Below, piece after piece: positions 27,088-40,727 of a DNA stretch of 64,000 nucleotides; position 1 is the stretch's first letter; every line of letters begins with the position of its first letter. The DNA is taken from NCBI GenBank assembly GCA_951406725.2, contig OX597820.1:96596001-96660000 (forward strand), written 5' to 3'. Origin of the DNA: Octopus vulgaris. Taxonomy: Eukaryota. A model generated the notes under the pieces. That model made no database searches. It was not told the origin of the DNA and saw nothing but the letters and a program-made list of their open reading frames with translations. A program made the translations under genes and the position numbers.

Positions 27088-28210
27088 ATAATAATATTTT
27101 TCATTATACATGGAAAAGTAATGCTTTAAATCACTCCAAAAAATTTTCTATACTCGCTCGTATTGCCGATGAAGTTTTCCAAGACGTCCAAAGTTTTTTC
27201 ATCGTACAAGATTTTATGTACATGCATTACAGCACAGTGTGTCAGACGATGTTGCAGCATAATTTTGAGCTCGCTCAATGTTTAGGCAACAAAAAACATC
27301 CAGTTTAGCTTTAGTTAATGTCTCCGAAGAGTTGTCAAGAGAAAATCTTCGTGGACATCCTGGTTTTCAGAAACATAACAGCAATAATTGATTCTTGCTC
27401 AATGCCAGAGAAATCGCATATAGTACCAATAAACACGGAATCTTCAAAACTTTTTGTCTGATCTCATGTAGCGTGTTATGAGCATATACCTCTAAGATAT
27501 CATTTTGCATGGTATCAGATAGGAAATTAGCTCGTCGTTTAAGCCGGTGACTTACTTCTTCACCATGTTCTTCGGCAAGTTCTTTTATGAGATTTACAAA
27601 ATTTCTTGTGACATGTGTTAACTTTCTTTCACAGATGGAGCTAGTAACTTCTTTTATCTTTTACTAAGGATATTCCTTAATCCTTCAATAATGGAACTGC
27701 GAACGGCGATTATATTTTACTAAAGATTTCTTTAATTCTCTGATCATTTAAGTGCTAACCGCTGTTATCTTTCACTAAGTGTCTTCTTTAATTCTTCGAT
27801 GAACTGGTAACTACTAATATCTTTTATTAAAGATATTCTTTAATTCTCTCTCTCCAAAGACGGAATAGTTGGCTTACATGGAAACGCTCTGCAATTCTAA
27901 AAACAACTGTAAGAAATTTTACGTATTATCTCTTAATCACTTATTTACTATACCTATTCTGCAATTATGTCTGGATTATAAATTACATGTTTTAAAGTGA
28001 TACCACATATTTTACTTGTTCACCTGACTGTCTAATATATATCTACAAGCTCAATAGTGAACCACTTATAGCCGTCTTTGATAGGCAGCTTGAACAACAC
28101 TTTGATTTCAGCTGTTGTACAAGCTGGAATTTTAGTAGTAAACCAACCTGAGCATTTATAGTACATACCTGTTACATTGTTATTAGACGAAGTTTTAGAA
28201 TATGTATACG

Positions 28211-28254
<44 letters not shown>

Positions 28255-28569
28255 TCTCTCTCTATCTCTCTCTCTCTCGATATATATAAAATATAAATTA
28301 GATATAAAACCACTATTATGCAACTCAAACAGTGATAGACATAAACCAAAACATAAATAACAAATAAAATATATTTTTATAAAACATATAACTAGATCTC
28401 AAAAAGTATAAAAAGTATAAAAAGTAATATATATATATATATGTACGACAGGCTTCATTTCCCTCTACCAAATTCACTGGCAAGGCTTTGGTCGACCCGA
28501 GGCTATTGTAGAAGACACTTGCCTAAGATGTCACACAGTGGGACTGAACCTGGAAATATATAGTTGGGA

Positions 28570-29840
28570 TATTTCAGTCGTAGGATTACATCCACAGTGA
28601 GGCACCACTTTAATTTATATCCTGTCAGCTTTGTTGTCACTTTATGGTTGGAAGTTGGTCTGAGTTTGAGTTGGGAGCAGCTGATCTCCCCTGAATGCAT
28701 CCTTGAAAGGCTGACTAGTCCGGTATTATTGTTAGGAGTTAGCCAATGCTTTTTGTGTAATGCTTCAGTAGAGGTTCAGATCGGTGCAATAAAGTGTCTT
28801 TGCCCGTGATTTCGAAGGTGGTATATTTGGAAGCTGACAGTATCCAACAGTTCTTACATTAAAATTCTCTCTAATGTTGAAATTTAGAACAAGATATTCC
28901 ATAAATATCTCTTCAGCATTCAAGATAACAGTGACGCAACGCTTTCAAATATTCCCAGTAGTTAAGGCTTTTAACTAAAGGTATTTTATAGGTAAACGTT
29001 CTTCGTAACCCTTCAATTTCTTCTGTGAGACCGGATAAGTTAGGAGACCAAAGTTGTAAGCAGTAATCTTACTTGCTCAGAACTCAGGTTTTCCATAAAG
29101 TTAGCCTAACTACTGGTTCTCTTGTCACGAAGGTTTGCAGGATCCATCCTATGAGATGTCTGCATTTAGAGGCCAGTTTGGTGATGTGGCTAATGAAAGA
29201 TACATCATTTGACATTGCTCCTAAGTCCTGCATATCATTAGCGCTCTGAATCATTCTTGCATCAAATATTGTGGTTTGTGTGTATTACCTCTGTAACGAA
29301 GAACCTGAAATTTTAATGTATTAAATTTCATATTGTTTTAATCCAGCTATTGATAAATGAGGTTTAGCTCATTTTAGAGTGTGACAGTATCTTCTGAAGT
29401 TTGGATAACCATTGATATTTTTACATCACCGGCGTAACTTGTTATTTTGGATGAGTGCACTTGTGATAGGTTGATGATAATTAATTATAGTCCTAGAACC
29501 GTTCCCTGAAGCATACCACTTATTACAGGTGACTTTGCAGAGGTAAAACCATTTCCAGCAACAGATTGGCTCCTACCACGTAGGAAGTCAAAGAGCCATT
29601 CTCTGAGTTTTTCTGAGATACCAAGATCCCTTAACTTATGACAGATGATTCCATAAACAATCTTGTCTAATGCTAGGTATAAACAATGTCCTTTCCTCTC
29701 AAGAGATTATTAAGAATAGTCTTATGGTGCTGTAATAGTTGTGAACGGCAACTTCGTCCAATCCAAAAACCATGATGTATATCATCATACCTTGTGGAAA
29801 ACAACCTCGTAGGTTCTACGAAGTTGTTTTCATAAGGTAT
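28570..29840 (-). mobile_element. Decayed CR1/L2-group LINE RT remnant
   Basis: Minus-strand fragments NGFTSAKSPVISGMLQGTVLG and YAGDVK correspond to GVPQGTVLGP and YADD. Many stops. Confidence 0.75.
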
Positions 29841-30973
29841 GCACTAATTCTATTAAAGACAATACGAGGCTATAGTAGAAGACACTTGCCCAAGGTCCTA
29901 CGCAGTGGGACTGAACCAGGAAGCATGTGGTTGGTAAGTAAGCTACTTACCACACAGCCACTCCTACGCCTATATATATATAATTTTTTATGTTGAAGAT
30001 GCTTTAGTTCAGTAATATATCTTTCTAGAGAATTTTTCTTTTGTAGGGGTGATCTTGTTATTTCTTTTAATTATTTGTTCTTATTTTTTCTAAGCCTGGG
30101 AAAGATAAGTAGGAGGGGGGTGGGGGACAATATTGAATTTTGAACTCCCACAAGATTTTAGGTGGTGCAACTCCATCCCTTGATCCCGGGCCATTGCTGA
30201 TAGGGCTTTGTGTCAGCAAAAATAATTCAATGAAAATTTGTATACCTTTGGATGAGCGTTGCGTTTTAGGACTGGCTCATTGTCTGACAAAAACATGTTT
30301 TATTGTGGATTCGTTTTCTTTTCACTTAGAGTTAGATTGTGGTGACAGATCTTCGTCGTACGCTAGTGAAGATTCGGTTTTTTTTTATCAACTGAATTAC
30401 CTGCCCCTGAATTAACCTCTAAGTGACTCAGTGTTCCACAAACATATATACCCCCAATGTAGCTCTCAGACAGAATAGGCATGACACACTTTAAGACAAG
30501 GCTGTACCTTTTGAATTTCAGGTACAGGTACAATCCACCCGATGAGTTACCATCACTCCAATTTCACTTACAAGTTATGGATCGATCTTGGGCTACATAA
30601 GAAATGACGTTTCTCCAAAGCCAGAACCACGTTGTGGCGTTGCAAAATTCTTAGGTATTCGGCCATACTGCTTCCACGGTTAAGTAGTAACAGGAATATA
30701 TGAAGACAAAATTATAGTGTGAATGGAGAGTAGTAAGAGCAAATAGTTTGTATTGTTGAGGTCAATAGATTCAAGCGGCAAAATTTAGGGGAATGGAAGA
30801 ATGAATATACTTGAACAAGTTATAAGGATTATAAAGCTAGGTGACAAAGTTCAATGTGTTAGGAGTATAGTTAAAATAATTGTATAGAGAAGTTAGTAGA
30901 AGTCAATGAACAAAGTGCTCTGCATCTGAATTTTGTGAAAACAATTACGATTACTATAATTTACACACGCACG

Positions 30974-31047
<74 letters not shown>

Positions 31048-31256
31048 TATATATAACTATGAATATATGTATGTATCTATCTATCTATCTCCCTCTCCCA
31101 CTCTTTCTTGCTCTCTCTCACTCCCCCCTCTCTCTCTCTCTCTATTTGGGATGATGGCCGACCAGTCCATCAGATGTATTTACACATCGCTGGTCACAAT
31201 GCGTTTACATTGTTTTAGCCTTCGAATGGCGTCACCCCGCTGCCTAAGCTAGCAGG

Positions 31257-31307
<51 letters not shown>

Positions 31308-31444
31308 AAAGAAAAACAGGATGCAAAGGATTTAGCGGTACATATGTAACATGTGCTTACAGTTATCAATTATTCACCCTGAATTTTATATATATATCTA
31401 TATATATATATATATATATATTTAGATTGATATATATATATATC

Positions 31445-31678
31445 CTTATCTTTTACTTGTTTCAGTCATTAGACTGCAGCCATGCCTGGACACTGCCTTG
31501 AACAACTTTTAGTTGAATGAATCAACCCCAATAGCACTTCCTTTTAAAGACTGATACTTATTCTATCGACAACGTTTGCTGAACCGCTAAATTATGGAGA
31601 CGTAAACACACCAACACTGATTTTCACGCGGTGGGAAGAAGACAGACACTGCTGCACACACACTCACACACACACATA
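31445..31678 (-). mobile_element. SINE family B, partial
   Basis: tttacttgtttcagtcattagactgc..gacgtaaacacacc. Confidence 0.7.
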
Positions 31679-32500
31679 TACAGGGTGGGGAGCCTTATTT
31701 TTCAGATATTTCTGAGCGTAAATACTAAAATATTGTTTTCTGTTTCAAGGTAGATATATATATATAGAACTAATTTAAGCATAAGTTCTAGTCATGTGAT
31801 CTAATATGTCTACTTAAGAAGCCAAGGGACAACGCATTGTAGTTTTCTTTGTGTCGCGTATTGCGGAGACTGTTGAGGCCTCTGTGAGCACTGTCTACGA
31901 CGTTAAGAACCGAATGCTGGATATTAGAAGCATCAAGAGAAAGCAAGGGAGTGGAGGCATTAATAAAAAAGGGATAATGCATTTCTTAAATCTCTCAAAG
32001 CCAAAATTTCGAAATGCCCAAGAATATCCATGAAAAAACTATCCATGGACATGAAAGTTGATCCAAAGACCATCAGAAATGTTGTAAACACTGATTTACA
32101 TTTGGAATCATACGTGAGAACCCTGGAACACCTATTGACTCATGCAATGAAAGCCAAAAGGCATGAAGGGGCCAAAAAAGTGGACAATGGACAAACCGTC
32201 GACATCTTTTCGGATGAAAATATATTTACCATTGATGCTGTTTTAAAACGTCGAAGTAAAAGGTGCCTTTAGGACCAAGCCCCCAGCTCAAGTCATGATG
32301 CTGGGAGTTGTAGTGTCTGACGGAAAAAAGATGCCTTTCCATTTTTTCAAGTCTGCGGAAAAGGTGGGGATGACGTTTGCCATAAAGTCCTGCAGTATAA
32401 GATTTTGCCTTGACTGAACTTTAACTACCCCAACGGTAATTATTCATGGACCTAAGATGGTTCTCCTGCTCACACGGCAAAGAAAGTGCAGAAATTCTGG
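31679..32500 (+). mobile_element. Tc1/mariner-superfamily (maT/DD37D-like) transposon remnant
   Basis: Starts with TA-CAGGGTG. Fragments RIAETVEASVSTVYDV..RKQGSGG, TIRNVVNTDL, IFSDENIFTID, QVMMLGVVVSDGKKMP and DGSPAHTAKKVQ. Confidence 0.85.
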
Positions 32501-33255
32501 CCTCAATTCGTTTCCACGTATTTATTTCAGACCATTATTTCAGTATGCGGACCTTGTTCGGCAAAAGTAAAACTGATGTGCTAAACTCAAAGATCTCCTT
32601 TCAAATTATGAATAATCTCAGTTAATGAACCAACTGAAGTTTTGTGGTCTTTCCTTTTAAGTTTCCAGAAAGTAGAACTACTGAACTTTCAGAGATCGGT
32701 CAAGTAAAATTAAAGTATAATGTTGTTCCACAGGATTCGATTAGAAACTCGGCAATACAATAACAATAGAAGAATGCTTTTCCTTGAAACGAAATTAATT
32801 TCGGAAGTGTTAATGCATAAAATTAATTTCGAAAGTGCTAATGCATAAAAGAAATGGTTGACCATGTTACACGACAAATGCCTACAAGAACTATATACAT
32901 CATTAACATCTCATGAGATGGCTGGAAGAAATTACATCATATGGGATATTTGTATTATGACAATGAACACAGACGATACGATTAATTTTATTGAATCGTT
33001 AAGGTTAATTCATAATTGAGTGTTGTGCTGTTTGGGGAATCGCAGTGTGTTTAGATGGAAAATCCTGGAAATACTGTTTACGGGGGCATTATCAAACCAT
33101 AAAGCAAGATACTTTCTTCTTTTGGTCTCAAGAGCTTATGATTTGCAGTTGGTTGCAAACAAGATGTTATTATGGAGCAGATCGTTATCAGTACAGATGC
33201 TTTTAGATTCAAAGAAAAGTCTTTCACTTTGATTCTACTGGTGATGTCTGACAAG

Positions 33256-33376
33256 GTGGCGAAGTCTGACGAAGTCTGGAAGTCTGACGAAGTCTGGCGA
33301 AGTCTGGCGAAGTCTGGCGAAGTCTAACGGAGCCTGGCGAAGTCTGGCAAGGTCTGGAGACGTCTGGTGAAGTCAG
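33256..33376. repeat. 10-bp minisatellite (GAAGTCTGGC)n, about 11-12 imperfect units
   Basis: Direct reading of the sequence. Confidence 0.9.
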
Positions 33377-34594
33377 AGGTTTAAGTGAAAGATTGCTCGA
33401 AGTTTCTTAACTCACAAAATTGCATACGAGACTCTGCCGAGTGCGTACTTAATATACAGAATGTTCTCCTGAAGTATTTTCTCTCATCCTTGCAAATGAT
33501 ATTCAACAGAAGATGAAAGTAAAATGTTGAATAGATTTGTATGTGTGTCAAAATTTATCGACTCGATATATCAGGAAAGCAAAATGTAATCACAGTCTGA
33601 TGTAATCACTAAGATAGCGTAAAACATACAAGTTATACCCATAGCTGAATTAGTTTCTCATCCTTGAAAAACCTATCTTATCTTTCATTATTTCTGCGAC
33701 AAACATACATTTAATTACAAAATGTGAGAAAACTGATTCATTTGTTTGTCTGTTGGTGGGCTTGTTGCTTCATATGTCAGTTATTGTTTCATTTCCTCTA
33801 TCGGAAAAATTTATTATATGGATTAGATATCTAATATTTGCTACTAAATTACGTTTGCAATGATTTAGGAAATAATTAAGGTTACACTCTCTTATAAGCA
33901 TCTCAATGTGACTCTAACAGTATTAATGTCGTTGATGCATTTGATTGAAATATGTGGCGTGATGACATACGCTCGCGTACACACGTGTGTGCGTGTGTGT
34001 GTGTATGTGTGTGTGTATGTGCGTGTATGTGCGTGTGCGTGTGTGTGTATGTGTGTGTGTGTGCGTGCGCGCGTGTGTGTGTGTGTGTCAGTGAGGGCTG
34101 ACACAATCTGTATGTCGGTCAAAAATAACATTTCGACCTTTCTAAATTACGTTCCTTTATGCTCCGTCTGTTCTGTTTATCTTCTGTCCTTCTGAAATAT
34201 CGATATCAAATACCAGTACTACATTACGAACTGGGGTTAGCATAATCAAATAAGAATATTGAAAGCAAAGTTGCCCGACAGTGGAAACCATTAAAAAGAT
34301 ATAAAAAAAAAAATTAAATAAGTAAAGTGGTGTCTTAACACTTGCCATACAGAATTCATATGAGAATCGTTTGCTCAAAAGTTCGGTATACCTCATATTT
34401 ACTTGCCACCAAATAAGGACCTTGAATATGTTGAAACAAAGTTTCTGGAAATGTCAAGCAAAAGTAAGGCTTATAAATCATAGGAAAAAATAAGTTGGCT
34501 CTTTATTTTTAAAAATACTATCAATATAAGGACACTGCCTGTCACTTTATGCAGCCTGGATTTTACTCGAAAAGAAAGAATTTGATTAAAACTA

Positions 34595-34652
<58 letters not shown>

Positions 34653-34654
34653 GG

Positions 34655-34963
34655 GGCTGATTGTTACCTAACTCAGATACCAGGAAACCCCAAAATGGCA
34701 ATAATTCAAAAGATAGTGCTCATGGGAACTGCTCATATCCTACGCAAAATACTTTCTATGTAATCTCAAGGTTTAAAACAAACATAATTTTCGTTTTTGT
34801 TTTGTTTTTTTTAGACATTCACTAGTACACCCCCCCCAAAAAAAAACAAATATATGGCACACTAGGCATAACAACAACATGAACTTCCAACCTGTTGTCC
34901 CTTGAGGTCTCTGGGTGAGACTTGGAGCCAACTTGTACAAATATAAAGCTAAAGTCAAACATA

Positions 34964-34965
<2 letters not shown>
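34655..34965 (+). mobile_element. R4/Dong-clade extreme 3' fragment between (TAA)n tracts
   Basis: IPGNPK..KIVLMGTAHILRKILSM* plus 3' UTR, followed by (TAA)n. Confidence 0.8.
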
Positions 34966-35035
<70 letters not shown>

Positions 35036-35037
<2 letters not shown>

Positions 35038-35593
35038 GCCCTGATGCAGTACCAGGCAGTGGCCCTCATGGCTTCTGATCTTAACTGATTGGAAGTGTTA
35101 TCATGTACATTGTTTTGTCTTGGTATAAAAGATGGGCTACAGCAAATATTCTGCTCAATACCACAGATTCGCTTGTCAGTTGTTTGACCATAACCAGTTG
35201 AGCATGCCCCTTAGTGGCTGACGATATGTGTATCTCTCATCACGAGAAGAAGTAGTCGGGGAGCATCACAGCCATGTGTTGAGAGGAATTATTCAGGGTT
35301 TGAATAATTCACCTCTGGAAACATGGCTGTTTCGTTCAACATCCTTAAACAACATTTATTCAGGGAGCTTTTGAGCGGACTGGGCTACTTAACCTGAAGA
35401 AAATTTTAACTGGGCCCTACCTGCAAGGTCATGCCCTGTTTATCTTGATATGAGATCACCATGTTGCACACATGTGGCTGTGATGCATGTGCCTGGTGTA
35501 CCCTTATCAGACTGGTAGTCATGATGGGTATACTGGTCTTCGTATAACTGTACCCCAGTGCCACTTAGATTGCATGCACTGCTCTCTCACTCA
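35036..35593. mobile_element. Second copy of the ~555-bp (TAA)n-associated element
   Basis: Reverse complement of 18852-19407. Confidence 0.75.
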
Positions 35594-35607
35594 ATAATAT
35601 AATAATA

Positions 35608-35880
35608 TGTATCCCAGTAGTTATAGGTGCATTAGAAACTATCCCTAAATATCTGACCAGATGGATAGAGGAAATAGGCATAAAACTCAGTTTTATACAG
35701 CTCCATAAAACAGTGTTATTAGGAACAGCTAGGATACTTACGAGGGTTCTTGGCATCTAAGGTTACTTGCTGTAACCAAATAAGAGTGTTCTTGGTATTT
35801 AAATCTACTTATTGTAGACCGATGTTAAGATTCTTTTGTTTTCCAACAGTCTAATCTGTTGAGTGTATATGAAAATAATT
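35608..35880 (+). mobile_element. R4/Dong-clade 3' fragment, different family
   Basis: IPVVIGALETIPKYLTRWIEEIGI..QLHKTVLLGTARILTRVLGI*. Confidence 0.8.
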
Positions 35881-37072
35881 ATGATAAACTGTTTTCAGTC
35901 TTTAAGGAAGCTAATGAATACAAAAAAAAAGTCAGACTACCTAACAACTATGAAGAAAAGGAAGAAACAACAAATGTTGTAAATTAAAAGCTCGTAGTGG
36001 GAATTCGGGTCTCGAAAACGTGCCCCAGCACGTTCGAGGCGACAGCGCCGTCGCAGACGCGCTTCTGGCGCGTCCGCTTCGGTCGTCCGTTCGCACTCCC
36101 GGCCCTATTCGCCGGTGCGTGCGCGGTCGGGCCGTGGAGCTCTGAGCGCTTCGCCGCCCTGCGCTGTCTTCTTGTAAAACAACTGAAATCCAAACTAAAG
36201 CTGGAACAATAACGTATCATAGCAAGAAAAGTCCCTACATGGCAAATATTGGGTTAAGCTAAACAGAACAGAAATAGATAAAGCAAAATCCCAACAATGG
36301 CTGAGAAGCTTAGGACTCAAAGCAGAGACTGAAGGATTTTTAATTGTAGCACAAGATCAAAGCTTTCCCGCCAGAAATCCCCAAAAACACACAATGAAAA
36401 GAAATACAAGTAACTGCAGTATATGTGGTGATGGAGAAGAAACAATAAATCTGATTGCCCGGTCCAGGTTAAGAAGGAATATATTCACAGACACGACAGA
36501 GTTGGGACCTATATACGCTGGAAGCTATGCCAACACTATTGGAATAACAACAGAAAAAAGATGGTATAGGTACACCCCAGAAAAGGTCACAGAAAATGAG
36601 AAAGCAAGCATACTATGGGATATGCCAATACACACAGATAGAGAAATCAAGGCTAAAAGCTGGATATGGTTATCAGAGATCACCAAGAAGAAATGCTTTC
36701 TAATCGATGTATGAATACCAACGGATGACATCGTTTCTCTAAAAGAAACGGAGAAACTTTCAAAACACAAATATCTTGAAAAGGTAACTTGAATGTGAAG
36801 CCTCAAAACAGAAACAATTCCTATCATAGTAGGCGCATTAAGTATGATAAAAAATATTCAGACAAATACATTACAAAAACACCAGGACTTACAAGTATGT
36901 ATAACATACAGAAAATAGCATTACTAGGCACCTCACACATCCTACGTAAAACATTTTCAATACAGTGAAAATAAGAACACCACAGCACATACCCAAAGCA
37001 CACAGTGCTGAGCTCGGTAGTTCAGTGAAAGCACGTGATTAAAATAAGACTACTGAATAATAATCATAATAA
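35881..37072 (+). mobile_element. R4/Dong-clade 3' fragment (zinc knuckle plus RLE), interrupted by an 18S rRNA fragment
   Basis: LHGKY..SQQWLRSLGLKAETEGFLIVAQDQ..CSICGDGEETIN..ILWDMPIHTDREIKA..IPIIVGAL..QKIALLGTSHILRK. Ends in (TAA)n. Confidence 0.85.
35984..36171 (+). rRNA. 18S rRNA fragment (start of the V4 region, GC-rich expansion), non-functional insertion
   Basis: ttaaaagctcgtagtgggaattcggg matches the conserved 18S GTTAAAAAGCTCGTAGTTGGA stretch before V4. It is followed by a GC-rich structured tract and flanked by a ttgtaaa duplication. Confidence 0.65.
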
Positions 37073-37077
37073 TTTCA

Positions 37078-38020
37078 TTTATTGGCCACTAGAGCCAACA
37101 TATAGGGGACAATACAGTGGTCCGGGGCAGTGGGGGTTTTACACAAAACAACAAATAAACAATTAGGAAAAATAATAATACACATTAAACAAAAAATATA
37201 ACAAGGAAAATTCTTCAATAGGGGAGATAACCACCCAGGGTTGGCCCAGGTACCCCATCAATCCTGAACCACCCGACGCTTTGAGGATACTCGAGAAGAG
37301 TACCACTCTTCTCCTAAAATTCACCAGCCTACAGGCGCATTATTAGAGTAGATCCACTCACACGAGCCATTTCCGCAAAATTCACCCGCCTTTCAGCAAA
37401 TGTACTGGGTGGGGGCATCACTTCTCTCTCCACCCTCATCTTCCTTTCCAAGTGAAATTTGAAAAAGTTGATGAGGGATTGGCCGAAGATAAAAGAGTCT
37501 GTCGTCAGTCCTTTCAATCTGGTCCATCATACAACATCTTACGCTACTGCCACTAAACAAAGGAAAATTGCCTACCCTTCTTGGCCAAAGGAAGGCGACA
37601 GGCTTATCTTCACTATGGACTCGGCCGATAGTTGGATCCGTCCTACCCGCGACAACAGTTGTTCGACATAACTCTACAAGGCAGTAATGCATGGACACTG
37701 GACGAGTGCGTGCAGAACGGTTTCGTCGATCTGCGCGCATCTCGGGTAAGTTCGTCTGACAGCTCTTCCGTACCTGTAGAGCTTATCTCGAACCGGCAGT
37801 GTCCTCCCGCCAGTAGCACTGCCATTGTCCTCAGCCCGAAAGTCTTCCGGAACAGACTGGTCAGTTCGACTTCGTCGACGCCCGTCACTAACCCTCTATA
37901 GAACTCGAGAGTAGATTGAGTGCCTGGCAAAATTCCAGGTGCCATTCACCCTGTCTGGGTCTCTTCTTGACCCAGCACTGCAGCTCAGTTAAGGAGACGA
38001 GCTAGGGAAATGTCCGTTTG
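37078..38020 (-). mobile_element. L1/Tx1-clade LINE 3' remnant
   Basis: Fragments STLEFYRGL..LTSLFRKTFG, RDKLYRY..ETVLHALVQC (decayed CCHC) and GQSLINFFKFHLERKMRVERE. Confidence 0.6.
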
Positions 38021-38393
38021 AAAGCAATACATTGGTCAAACTAAAAATGGTCTACGCCAGTGGATGACCGTACATAGATCTCAGATTAAAATAGGGAATA
38101 CAGAAAAATAACATGAAGTGAGCACATCGACATTTGCGTCACTAATGAACAACCCAACTTTTTTTCCGCTCCATAAATTTAGGAACAATGTAACCTATAA
38201 TCAGCACATCAGCAAAGAATCATATTTTATCGCAAAATATAAACCTCTTTTGAATGCTTCCGCCACAGATATCACTACTACAAGGATCTAAGAATAATAC
38301 CCAAGCAAATATTTAAAACGATAGATGTATTAAGAACGGTCGCTACCCATGAATTTATTTAGAATAGTTCCTACCACTACTGCTATAACCACA

Positions 38394-38444
<51 letters not shown>

Positions 38445-38479
38445 CATATATAAATATATACATATATATATATACATAG

Positions 38480-38833
38480 AAGCACTCCGCCGGTTACGAC
38501 GACGAGGGTTCCGGTTGATCCGAATCAACGGAACAGCCTGCTCGTGAAATTAACGTGTAAGTGGCTGAGCACTCTACAGACACGTGTACCCTTAACGTAG
38601 TTCTCGGGGATATTCAGCGAGTGACAAGGCCGGCCCTTTGAAATACAGGTACAACAGAAAGTAAGAGTGAGAGAAAGTTGTGGTGTAAGAGTACAGCAGG
38701 GATCACCACCATCCCCTGCCGGAGCCTCATGGAGCTTTAGGTGTTTTCGCTCAATAAACACTCACAACGCCCGGTCTGGGAATCGAAACCGCGATCCTAT
38801 GACCGCGAGTCCGCTGCCCTAACCATTGCGCCT

Positions 38834-38835
<2 letters not shown>
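38480..38835 (-). mobile_element. tRNA-derived SINE family C
   Basis: Minus-strand head ..tggttagggcagcggactcgcggtcataggatcgcggtttcgattccc (A and B boxes). The body is related to about 5390-5520 and 30415-30520. Confidence 0.75.
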
Positions 38836-40011
<1,176 letters not shown>

Positions 40012-40014
<3 letters not shown>

Positions 40015-40209
40015 CTTAGAATAACTTAGAAAGGTTTTGGCCAGTATTGGCCCAGGCCATGTCTAACTTAATAGCACCACCTGGCGAAGTCTTTCAATTC
40101 AGGATTTGGGCACCAAGGCCCATTCGAGCAGAGAGTTATTGTTTGCGGAGACATATCCGGGTGTGGGTGGTTTGTCCGGGACTGTTTGAAGGAATTTGTC
40201 CAAAGACTT
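40012..40209 (-). mobile_element. Duplicated 3' end (198 bp) of the adjacent CR1/L2-group LINE
   Basis: Matches 40641-40838 at an offset of 629, with one mismatch seen. Confidence 0.95.
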
Positions 40210-40360
40210 ATATATATGTATATATATATATATGTATATATGTATATGTATATGTATATATGTATATATATATATATGTATATATATATGTATATATGTA
40301 TATATATATATATGTATATATATATGTATATATGTATATATATATATATGTATATATATG

Positions 40361-40391
<31 letters not shown>

Positions 40392-40504
40392 GTATATGTA
40401 TATATATGTATATATATATATGTATATATATGTATATATATATATATGTATATATATATATGTATATATATGTATATATATATATGTATATATATATGTA
40501 TATA

Positions 40505-40547
<43 letters not shown>

Positions 40548-40562
40548 GTATATATGTATATA

Positions 40563-40643
<81 letters not shown>

Positions 40644-40727
40644 CTTAGAATAACTTAGAAAGGTTTTGGCCAGTATTGGCCCAGGCCATGTCTAACTTAA
40701 TAGCACCACCTGGCGAAGTCTTTCAAT

